Source: Chloropicon primus
Lineage: Eukaryota
Direction of reading: 5' to 3'
Assembly: GCA_023205875.1 (NCBI GenBank)
Contig: CP060771.1
Location: forward strand, 248,001 to 312,000
Length of the DNA: 64,000 nucleotides
Below are positions 50,601 through 60,793 of this stretch, piece by piece. Every line of letters begins with the position of its first letter. Position 1 is the stretch's first letter. The translations under genes and the position numbers were made by a program. The notes beneath the pieces were generated by a model. That model did no database searches. It saw nothing but the letters and a program-made list of their open reading frames with translations, and was not told the DNA's origin.

Positions 50601-51812
50601 TTCATTGATGAAGAGGCGGATAAACTTGCAGAGTTAAGGGAAACGTGGAACTTGGGCGTCAAGAAGAAGTCGATGGACAAGAAGAACGTCGGGAAGGAGT
50701 ACCTCTTGAGCTTGAATGGGTTGAGCCAGGCCCAGATCGACGACTTTGTGAGCACGTGCTTCTCAAAGTACGAAAGGGAGTTGGTAGAGCCAGGCACCGC
50801 TGTGGGGGCGGTGGCCGCGCACAGTATCGGAGAACCTGGTACACAAATGACTCTCAAGACCTTCCATTTTGCGGGAGTCGCGAGCATGAACGTGACCCTT
50901 GGAGTCCCCAGACTGAAGGAGATTATCAATGCCTCGAAGTCGGTCAGCACCCCAATCATGGACGTGTACCTTGACGACAGCAAGTCCCTGGAGTCTGCAA
51001 GAATAGTGAAAGGACGCCTTGAGAGGACTACGCTGGGGGAGATCTCCTCGGACATCTCAAGTGTCCTCGGGCCTTCTGGGGCGTACATTTCGATAACCTT
51101 GGACGAGCGCATGACAAAGGGGCTGGAGCTCGACGCCGGCAGAGTCGTCGATGAAATCTTGAAGTTGCCCAAGCTGAAGCTGAAGGAGAAGAACATTGAT
51201 GTCAGGATTGACTCAAAGATCAGGGTGTATCCAACGTGGGACGAAGATGAGAAGAACATGCTGTTCCGACTGCACCACCTGTTGAAGGAGCTCCCAAAGG
51301 TCATCGTCCAGGGAATCAACACGGTGGAGCGGGCCGTGATCAAGAACAATAACGGCGAGTACAATTTGGTCGTCGAAGGTTTGGATTTGAAGAAAGTCTT
51401 GGGAACTGCAGGTGTAGACCACAGAGAGACGAAATCGAACCACATAATCGAGGTCGAGAAGACCCTTGGCATTGAGGCTGCAAGGAACTCCATTATTCAC
51501 GAGATCGTTTACACGATGAGTGAGCACGGGATCACGGTGGATCGAAGGCACGTGATGCTCCTCGCAGACTTGATGACGAACAAAGGTGAAGTCCTGGGCA
51601 TCACGCGGTTTGGAATTGCGAAGATGAAGGACAGCGTGCTCATGCTCGCGTCTTTTGAGAAGACTACAGACCACCTCTTCAACGCAGCCTTGCACGGAAG
51701 GAGGGACGACATCACTGGGGTCAGCGAGTGCATCATTCTGGGCAGGCCGATGCCACTGGGCACGGGCCACGCCATGAGCATCAAGCACAAGTCTGCTATG
51801 TACAAAGATTAA
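47610..51812 (+). CDS. RPC1: RNA polymerase III largest subunit
   Basis: [95 protein letters not shown]; no heptad CTD. Confidence 0.95.
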   Translation: [1400 protein letters not shown]

Positions 51813-51890
51813 CACTAAACAAAAAGGGAATTCTTCATTCAAAAAGCAATCAAAGCCAAAATCAATCAAGTCAAGTTTGTGCTCCCCTGA

Positions 51891-52790
51891 TCACTGCACT
51901 TGCTTGAGCTCAAGGGGGGGCCACTCCAACATGTGCCTATGAAAGAGCCTTGCGAGCGCAGGCATGGGGTTGAGCGTCCCAGACTCGATGGAATCGAGGA
52001 GCCTGTTGAAACCCTCCTCGCCCGAGCTCCACTCGAAACCTTCGTAGCCCAGCCCAACCAACCAAGCGGCCATCGCGACGCACGACCGGTAGAGGTTGTT
52101 CGTCCCATCAGTGTGCTTTCCAACAAGTATCTTTGCCTCGGCCTCACCAAGGTATTGGGCCACCGCAGAGATGTGACGCTTGTAACAAAAATTGCTCTGG
52201 CCCCTCAGGGCTTGCGCTGCACTCCACTTCTTGGAACTCTTCACCAGCTGCTTCACCATGGTCTCAAGCTCCATCCTCGAGCGCTTCTCGTACTCGACGC
52301 TCAAGTCGTCTATCCTGGACAGCCTCGAGGAGGCTAGAGCCTCGAGGGGCCTGGTCTTGGACAAAATTTTCCGAAGTCCTCGTTCAGACTCCGGATAGGA
52401 GTAAGGATTATGCTCGAAGCTCGGCGTGGAACCCGCCACCTCACCGGCGTGAGGAGGAGCAGCGCCGTTGGACTTGTCGTTCACTGCTTTGGGCTCCACA
52501 TACCTCGAGGCCAGCCAAACATCGTGCTTCTTGTTCGGAAGCAACGTTGCATCTGGCTCAACCTCCACCCTCTCCCGACACCTCTGGAGAAGCAAAGCAA
52601 GAAACCGGAGGTGTCAAAAGTCTTCGTCTTGCCTGAATCTCCTAGGTTGATCATAACTCACCTTTTTCGAGACCTTGTCGTTCTCCTCCTGAAATTGCCT
52701 AAAAGCGTCCAAGATAGTATGAGAGTGGTACCCAAAGACTTCCTCGTCGACAACGTTGGCAATGCCCTCCTTGCTGACGTCGTCACCCAT
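51891..52790 (-). CDS. Hypothetical protein; 2 exons (52790-52662, 52583-51891)
   Basis: MGDDVSKEG...VSKK joined through a GTGAGT...CTCCAG intron to the 51891 ORF in frame; no family recognised. Confidence 0.6.
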
Positions 52791-52869
52791 AGCGATAGAG
52801 TCGCTCTATGAACGCCCCGTCAACACTGCACGACGACGCTTTCGGTCCCCTGGACCACACTTCCGTCGC

Positions 52870-55050
52870 TTGGACCGAAAAATACAAAATTCGGACCAAA
52901 AAAGAGTGGGACTAGCAGGCTTGGAAAAAAGTAAAAAGGAATAATTTGGCCAGAGCGAAAAAGAATAAAAAAGTTGAACCAGAGCGAAACCTTTCGAAAC
53001 AAAAGGAAAGCAATTGGTCCGCGATGAAACGTTAAAAAGGTGGGAAAGAAGGGAAACCCCAAATCAAGCGAACTTTCTCTTAATAGTTTTGAGCTCTATC
53101 GCAGATCTCATCAAAAACAGATCGACGACAGTAGTGCGCGACGCGCAAGCAATCCAAAAGCTTTGCTGATTGAGTTTAAACTTGCGTGGTTTGATGGGAA
53201 AACGTTTGGTTCCTTCTTACCTCAAAGCTTAATTCTGATCTGATATATACATACAAGTTGTATCATACGATACATGCAGCTCTTGAACATCACAAGGCAT
53301 CATCTCAAAGCATGACTCTACCGTCAATTTCAGACTGAAAACCCGCACCGCTCATCAATGAAATAAAGTGAATGATTGCCCTCGGTTTGTCTGCATCCAA
53401 TTGTGACGTTGTTCATGCTGGGAGATGTCCGCAAACAACACAACAACGCTGGTATTTAACAGCACAATATAAGCCAGACATGTCTGCTCAGTTGTCAAAA
53501 AAATATTAAAGAGCATGCAACAATATGAGACTAGACTCGGGCCACGTCTCGCTGAGCATTAAAAATAAATTTCAAAAGCTGCCTTGGGTAGCAAAATGGA
53601 CAATTTTCATTTAATAAAACTGAGGTTGGTTTTTAGAATGTAATTTCATGAATTTTGTTGTTATATTGTTATGCATGTATGTCAACTGCTTGTGGCTTGA
53701 GAGCAACAGTAATTAGCTTGACAAGAAAATATGACTGCCTTTCTTCTTTTCGCCAAACTTTCTCATATGACTTATGACGGTATGTGTATTTGAGACATAA
53801 TTTCTTTCACCTATGGACCTATGGATCCTATGGATTAGGACTGGATATTAATGACATTCATATATATATCCATCCAAAAAATAACCAGCAATTAATTCTA
53901 GATGGACTTTACTCTCATCACCATTGTATAATGTTGAACTTTCATTCCTTACTTTGAAAACGCAAAATTGATCTTCAAGACGTCCGCCATGATTGGCAAG
54001 AAAAACACGAATGCTCTTTCACATTTATTACGGAGAAGGGTTAAAATGCTTATGATTACGTGTATGATAATGAACAAAAAAGATCAAATATATTCGAAAA
54101 AGAACTAATTCAGTGCTATCACGTTCATATAAATATCAGAATTTATAATTGATCGCTATTTTTTCTATTATGATGATGATGTCGCGCTGCTCTTTCCGTT
54201 TTTCTGATTTCTATTTCTTTTATGCGTATCATGCGTATTATGCGTATACGTATTATATTTTTGTATTATATTGTTCAGATTAACGTTAAGGTAGACTTAA
54301 AATTTTTCTCTAATTATCAATACATTCTTTTACCAGCTTTGCTTTACCACGCATTCATACTTTGAATAAATACTACAACAAGAGAAGAAAAATATTTGTA
54401 ATATTTTTTTTTGCTGTACGCCTTCGTCGTTTTCTCCGTATACAGTCGTATATTTATGTTGATGCATCTTCATCTGCCTTGCTTTCAATATTAATTGCTT
54501 CTCTAATAATGTTTCTTAAATCTGTTTACGTTTACCAAATGCTACACTTCTACTAACCTACTCAATGCGAGACTAGAAACTTTGGCGCATAAGCAAGGAA
54601 GGCAAGTGATTTGGATTTTGACAAGAACTTTTCTGGTACCTTTGTTGCAAGTTTACTAATAAAACAGTTACCCATACAAGTGCTTTTGTTTGTTGTGTGC
54701 ATGAAGAATACGTGCAGAAGACAAAAGACAATAATATCATCATATGTGTTCATGTGGTTTCGTAGGGAGGAAGCTTTGGATGCATTTTCATATCACAGGA
54801 ACGTTCATAAAATCATTGCGAAGAGAGCAGAGTTCTTTTCCGTCGGCGAAAAAATGAGAACAAGGAGGGTTTACGAAGAAAGAACGCGTAAACGCGATTT
54901 CCTCTGCAAAGAGAACATGCAAGAGCAAGCTCGCGCCCCGATGGACGACACGCGGAAGCGCTGCAAAGTTTTTTAATTTGATTTCCGTAATTGCAAGAGT
55001 AACGGCCGTGGAGAGGAGGCCATTCCTTCTTTTGTGATCTGACGGGGCGC
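52870..55050. other. AT-rich, gene-poor island
   Basis: Abrupt shift to A/T runs, roughly one-third GC by eye against more than half elsewhere; no ORF of 60 aa or more in the track between 53243 and 54362. Confidence 0.85.
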
Positions 55051-55115
55051 TTCTTCCCGAGGGACAAGAATGCGCAAAAATATTAGAGCTACGCAAGGAT
55101 AGTAAACTACAACAC

Positions 55116-57455
55116 TTAACATCCAATGGTCTGCTTTCGCCGCCTTAAGGCTCTTTCCAGCTCAGAAACCATGTCGCCAGGGCCCGGTGGAGGAGGAGCA
55201 CTCGCATCGCTCTCTTCCTTCTGCGCTGGAGCCTTTTTCTTTAGCTGTGCCTTGCGCTGAGCAATCTGTTCCGCAAGACTCAAGTTAGAGGCTGTCGGAG
55301 CAGCTTTCTTTGCTTTCGGCGGTGGCGGTGGTGCCTTCTTGCTCCCAGGTGGTGGCGGAGGCGGAGGGCCGCCGGGTGGTGGCGGAGGTGGTGGCCCGCC
55401 GGGTGGTGGTGGAGGCGGGGGGCCGCCCCTTGGCGGTGGTGGTGGAGGCGCACCTCGTGGTGGAGGTGGGGGTGGTGCGCCCCGGGGCGGTGGGGGGGGT
55501 GGAGCCCTAGTTGCTGGCGGTGGGGGTGGAGCAGGCTTCTTCACAGCTGGTGGGGGTGGGGGTGGAGCCCTGGTTGCTGGTGGAGTCGGTGGTTTGGCTT
55601 TGGGTGGTGGGGGCTCAGGCTTCTTTGCTGCTGGTGAGGGTGGTGCAGGCTTCTTTGCTACCCTCGTCGGCTTTGGAGGCGTTGGAGGGGCGAACTCGGG
55701 ACTCTCATACCCTGAGCTCGGGGACAGCTCGCCTGCATCATTTGCAGGAGGTGGCGGGGGAGGAGTACTCACAGTCTTCCCCAGCGCCGCAAAAAACTTG
55801 TTCTTGTTGTCCATCATGACATCAGTTGAACTCCTTGCAGCCCGGTGTGGATTTCGTGCGGGTGCGGCGGTTGCAGGTTGCATCACCGCTTCGTTCGCCC
55901 TTGTCGCACTCGAGGAAGATGAAGATGGATTTCTTCCTTCTGCGGGGACAACGGCAGGACTTTCTGGAGGGTGCGCAGATGCAGTAGCCTCAGTCTCCTC
56001 CGTTTCCTCCTCAGGCGACAGGAAGTCTTCGATCTTCTCCTCACTTCGAGGGGTCTCGGGCTCTTCCACGAGCATCGGGCCAGGGTCCTGCAGATCTGTT
56101 TGTACTCCAATAGTGCACGAAGTCTCGTAAATCCTGCCCGCCTTATTGCCCTTGAGCTTCCGAAGAAGTGCCAACGGCGGAAGCGGAGGTGAGGCCGGCA
56201 CTGCCCTCTTCTTGATTGGACTCAAGTTGGGTGTGAGGCTCGAGTAAGTTGGCATTGCCGGGTACGACGTTGATAGCGCAGAGGAACCAGGCGTTTCGAA
56301 GGTCTGGGCAAGCCTTCTCGGCTCCAACGCACTCTGCTGCGTGGGCATAAGGCTGTAGCCAGCATTGCTGTAAGCCGGAGGTGGTGGTGTCGGTGCCACC
56401 GCTTGGAAATTGGGTATCCGCGGCGAAGGCACCGGGGCAGGAGATGCTTGTTGCCTTGACACCATCTGCCTCGAAGTGGTTGGCGTTGAGCCAGCAGCAG
56501 ATGGAATCTTAGCGGGCGGCCTCGCCTTGGCCTCCCCCGGCTGAGCATGCGCAGCAGCAGAGCCCTGCTGATTACTTGCAGCACTGGCAGGTGTGTCGGC
56601 CCCTCGCTTCGGCGCTGGCTCGACGGGCCGCCTCTCTTCGCTCGCCTTGTTCTCCTCGCCCTCCTCGGATGACCCCTTCATTGTCGTCACGAGAGCCTGC
56701 ACCCAGCTCATGTAGTGGGAGTAGTCGTAACACTTCATGGAGAACTGACAAGTTTCCGCCGCCATCTCCTCGTGCTCCTCTTGATTCGCCCTGTGGTTCA
56801 CGAACTCGCTCGGGATGCTGCCGTAATCGCTGCTCGCGACGACCTCGCTGTCCTCCTGGGATCCTGTCAGCCTAAACTTCTCGTCCAGGGTCACCACGTG
56901 GCTTGGGAACCCGGCCTTCTTGGCCTTGTAGAACAGGACCCTGTTTCTCGCAATGACAACCCAAGCGTTCGACCTTCCCTTCTTCTTCTGGTCCCCGGTG
57001 AGGAAGGCCCTCTTGACGAGGCCAGCTTGCCTCGCGTTGCACGTAAGCTCCCGCTGCATCCTCATCCACCGCTGCTGGATCGCTCCCCAGTGCAACGCAC
57101 CCGAAGCCGACTCATTCCTAAAGTCGTTCAAGTCCTTGAGCTGCTTGAACAGGAAACCATGCTCGTGCTCGTACTTGGACCTCAGAGGGTGAACGCTGCC
57201 GTTCGTCGTGTATATCAATATCTCCCGGTCCACTCCAGCGACAACGCTGTAGAGCTCAAACACAGGGATCTCGAACTTGGAGTACTGCTCCTTTCCGCTG
57301 TCCCACTTCAGGAACCGGATGGAGAACTTCTCCCAGTCCACGAACAGTATCCTTTGCTTCCACTTGTCCCTCTCCAGGAAGAACACCACAACATAGGAGA
57401 TGTTCACGGGCAATGGCGGGCCATTCGAGGACGAAGGAGGCTGCTGCTGCATCAT
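55116..57455 (-). CDS. PH-like domain protein with polyproline tract and WH2-like C-terminus (putative actin regulator)
   Basis: WKQRILFVD and AWVVIARNRVLFYK...WVQAL are PH-like; GGPPPPPPP repeats; SLAEQIAQRKAQLKK and MVSELERALRRRK are WH2-like. Confidence 0.65.
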   Translation of the reverse strand: MMQQQPPSSSNGPPLPVNISYVVVFFLERDKWKQRILFVDWEKFSIRFLKWDSGKEQYSKFEIPVFELYSVVAGVDREILIYTTNGSVHPLRSKYEHEHGFLFKQLKDLNDFRNESASGALHWGAIQQRWMRMQRELTCNARQAGLVKRAFLTGDQKKKGRSNAWVVIARNRVLFYKAKKAGFPSHVVTLDEKFRLTGSQEDSEVVASSDYGSIPSEFVNHRANQEEHEEMAAETCQFSMKCYDYSHYMSWVQALVTTMKGSSEEGEENKASEERRPVEPAPKRGADTPASAASNQQGSAAAHAQPGEAKARPPAKIPSAAGSTPTTSRQMVSRQQASPAPVPSPRIPNFQAVAPTPPPPAYSNAGYSLMPTQQSALEPRRLAQTFETPGSSALSTSYPAMPTYSSLTPNLSPIKKRAVPASPPLPPLALLRKLKGNKAGRIYETSCTIGVQTDLQDPGPMLVEEPETPRSEEKIEDFLSPEEETEETEATASAHPPESPAVVPAEGRNPSSSSSSATRANEAVMQPATAAPARNPHRAARSSTDVMMDNKNKFFAALGKTVSTPPPPPPANDAGELSPSSGYESPEFAPPTPPKPTRVAKKPAPPSPAAKKPEPPPPKAKPPTPPATRAPPPPPPAVKKPAPPPPPATRAPPPPPPRGAPPPPPPRGAPPPPPPRGGPPPPPPPGGPPPPPPPGGPPPPPPPGSKKAPPPPPKAKKAAPTASNLSLAEQIAQRKAQLKKKAPAQKEESDASAPPPPGPGDMVSELERALRRRKQTIGC

Positions 57456-58212
57456 GGCTCGCACGTGGAGCAACCGTTACGACTCAATCGACCCTCACGC
57501 CCTTCTCCAACCACGCAACCGCCTACCCTTGCACACAATGCAGCACGAGGTGCACACGGCACACGAACTTCAATCCGCCGAGACAATCCTCCCTAAAGCG
57601 TTTCTCGTTCCGATGGAAGGGTCAAACGAAAGCCAGTTACCTCTGTCACCATGAACCGCGACTCTGGCTCCACGCTCTTCCCTTAGCTTTCCCCCAGCTC
57701 GCGACGAATACTCACCTTTGGCTCAGCACCAATCGGCTGCAGACAATGTCACAACAATGGGTCAGAACTTGCTTGAATCGCGGTCAAATCGTTCCACCGA
57801 GGGCTCAAACGAAAGCTTAGAACGTTTTTCTTCACTTGATACCACTTGGTGTCTGTATTATTGTGCCAGTGGCCGTCCACATTGTGTTGAACTCACCTCC
57901 CTCCCCTTGTCTCTGTGGAGATCCTTTCCTTGGGATCATTTGACCATTTCATTTCCCGTTGAAAGGGGAACGAGAGGAGGAGCGACAGGGTGGCGACCCA
58001 CGAGGGGAACGAAAGAGCGTGCGTTCGCGAGTACGGACTTGTTTTTTGAAGAAAAAGAATTGGTCAGGACGAAGCTTCATCTCTTGAGCATTCGAATGAA
58101 CCCTCACTTGAGCCATTTGATGTCTGGAGTGTTCGTTTGAGGGAAGAGCAAAGGCATTTGGGTAAGGAGCAGAGCAAGAGCAAGAGGTGTTGAATTCATT
58201 TTTCAACAGAGC

Positions 58213-59522
58213 ATGGCCAAGGTGAGTGGAGAGGTGAGGGAGATAAAGGTGTCGCAGAGAGAGGATAGGCTCTCAACGAGGTTGTCGACATCCGGAAAGG
58301 CGGAAGGAATCGAAACGGAAGGAGGAATGGAGGAAAGGTTGACCAACAACATGGAAGCCAACGTTGGTCCAACTTCCGGGAAGAAGGAAAAGAGGCAGTT
58401 GGCGTCGGTGAAGATCACGGAAGCCTTCAACCCAAGGGTAAGTTCCTTGTCTTGCGTGTCACTCGTCCTCGTCGGAATCGAAACGCTTCCGCGAGACAAC
58501 GGCGACGACGACGCGATGGATCACTCTCCTTTGATGATGATCTTCAGTTGTAGCTCTCTCTCTCTGTCCATCTCTCTGCTGTCTGACACAAACCAAACGC
58601 TTCTTCCCCACCGTCATCACCACATGACTCTTGCTCTTCTTCCTCTTCTGCCCTGCAGGCTCGGCTGAAGGAGTTCGCCCACACGTTCAAGTCCATCCCT
58701 TCCATCCTGAAGAAGCGGAAGAAGCCGAGCTACACGAACTCGGAGATCCGTATCAAGACGCCGCCCAAGTGGGAGAACTTGAAGAAGTCCAAGAGGGACT
58801 TGAGGTCGACGTTCTGCCTCAGCGATGCCAAGTCAGCCCAAGAGAGGGGGCCCCGGCAGTACGTCCAGAAGGTGGTGCAAGCGAGGTCGCCCACGCCCGG
58901 AGCGTCAAAGTACATGAACAAGTACTACACTTCGAAGTACAGGGGCGTGCACCAGACGTTTCCGACGAGGAGGTGGGAGGCTCAGTTCCGAAAGAGCGGC
59001 AAGCCAACGTCCCTTGGTTGCTTCAACACGGAGGAGGAGGCCGCTAGGGCCTACGACACGATGATGATTTGGTGCATGATACACCAGCCAGAGAACGCCA
59101 GGCCGGACAAGACCATCACCAACTTCAGCATCTCCGACTATGATTTCAAGATCCCGGAGCTGACGCAGATGACCCAGGAAGACCTTGTTCTTGCCCTCCG
59201 AAGGCTCGGGAGGAAGCAGGCGAGCGAGCACTCGAACAGTGGGGGGAGAGGGTCCTCCATGCTCCACCCGCTTCACGACAACGCCGAGGAGGCGAGGATA
59301 AGAGAGGACTTGGGCTTGGGCAACAAGGACCCCACGTGCAAGCAGATGTACGACCGGATATCCGACCAGGCTCCTGACTTTCTGCCAGAGAAGGCCAAGG
59401 GAGGGAAGTACGTCCTGGGGACGCTCAAGATGCAGAGGACGACCTTGGTCAAGGCGTACCTCAAGTGGCTGGACAGCAGAAGCGGGGGCAAGAAGGAAGG
59501 AAAGGGGTCCCAAAAGAAATAA
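58213..59522 (+). CDS. Single-AP2-domain transcription factor; 2 coding exons (58213-58437, 58659-59522)
   Basis: TSKYRGVHQTFPTRRWEAQFRKSGKPTSLGCFNTEEEAARAYD...TNF; GTAAGT...CTGAC...TGCAG intron in frame. Confidence 0.85.
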
Positions 59523-59764
59523 AGCGGACCATGATTCCCATGTGTCACGGCATTAAAAAAAGGAATAAAAGGATAAAATTTCATAAACACCTGTTGTTGA
59601 CTTACGAAGTAAGTGTGATGCACCGATCCGCCGTCCCCACGGTTTTCAAGGTATTTGCACTCCCTTCTTCTCGCTCGCTCGCTTATTCTTCTCGTTTGCC
59701 GTTGTGCTCCGCTCCGTCCGCACACACACGCGCACACAGGCGCAAAAATTGACAATTGCTTGTA

Positions 59765-60793
59765 CTACTTGAGCTTGCCGTACTCCTCGTCGTGCTCGTT
59801 GCTTCCGGCGCCCAGCATCTTGCTCCCCGAAGTTGCTGAGGCGAGGCTCGTGCTGCTTGGGAGGTCTCCCGGCATGAAGTAGAGCATGATCGAGGTGCAA
59901 ACGATCGCGATACCCAAAAACAGCTGCAGCGTTGGCTCCAGGTCAAAGAAGAAGATGGAAAGGAAAGCCGTGACCATCATGGCACTGGAGGTCGCGTAGA
60001 CCTTAACGATCGTGTTGGCGTACTTTTGAATCCAAGAGATGAAGAGCCCGCTGAACGAGAAGTTGATCACGATGAGCCAAGTGATGTAGTTGTACCCGTC
60101 CGTGAGATCGAACAGCCAGAAAGAGCTGTCCGGGCTCTGAATGTCGTCGTATGTCAACCGAGCCGCGTTGAAAAGCGTCCCGAAACCGTAGAGCTGGACG
60201 TTCTGCCAGTACAAAGTGTCGTTGTTCTTCTTGAGCAAGAACTCGGTGTAGACCCCAGCAAGGGCGGACAGCACGGCGCTCAGGCAAGCAAACAGGTAGC
60301 CCAGGACGGGCGCGGAAAGCATGTTATTCCCGCAGCCGCTGATCTGGCTCACCGCGGCACCCAAGGTGAGCAGGGACAACGCGAGCCACTGGTTCCTGGA
60401 CAGGTACCTCTTCAGCGCGATCCAGAACAGGAACCCAGTCGTGATGATCTTCAGGTTGCCCAAGATCTGGTACGTGGCCGCGTCGACGTAAGCCATCGTG
60501 TAGAACTGAACGTTGTTGTGGAACAAGTATATGATGGAGGGTATGGGGAAGAGCCTCACGCTGGACCATGCCTTGGTGATCTGCAAATTGCGGCCCTTCT
60601 CCTTGTACTCCTTGTACAAGAAGGCCGAGGACACCAGCAGCTTGCAGAACTCGGCCAGGAGCGGGATGGTCGCCACGTTGTAAGGGTACTTTCCCCCAAC
60701 CTTGGAGGCGGTCATGAGGAGACCTTGGGAGCTCGTCAGGCACGTCAGCATCCCCGCCACGATCAGCTTCTGCGTCACGCTGATCTGACTCAT
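59765..60793 (-). CDS. Nucleotide-sugar transporter, SLC35A / CMP-sialic acid transporter-like
   Basis: About ten TM helices; LAEFCKL, PSIIYLFHNN, YQILGNLKIITTG, AGVYTEFLLK, KYANTIVKVY. Confidence 0.9.
   Translation of the reverse strand: MSQISVTQKLIVAGMLTCLTSSQGLLMTASKVGGKYPYNVATIPLLAEFCKLLVSSAFLYKEYKEKGRNLQITKAWSSVRLFPIPSIIYLFHNNVQFYTMAYVDAATYQILGNLKIITTGFLFWIALKRYLSRNQWLALSLLTLGAAVSQISGCGNNMLSAPVLGYLFACLSAVLSALAGVYTEFLLKKNNDTLYWQNVQLYGFGTLFNAARLTYDDIQSPDSSFWLFDLTDGYNYITWLIVINFSFSGLFISWIQKYANTIVKVYATSSAMMVTAFLSIFFFDLEPTLQLFLGIAIVCTSIMLYFMPGDLPSSTSLASATSGSKMLGAGSNEHDEEYGKLK

Noticed and set aside
47610..51812. Polymerase as RPB1, Pol IV/V or a viral RNA polymerase
   Set aside because: No heptad CTD, and the C-terminal [23 protein letters not shown] signature fits RPC1.
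54362..55126. Short ORFs in the AT-rich island
   Set aside because: Low complexity, atypical codon use and no recognisable motifs; not supportable as genes.
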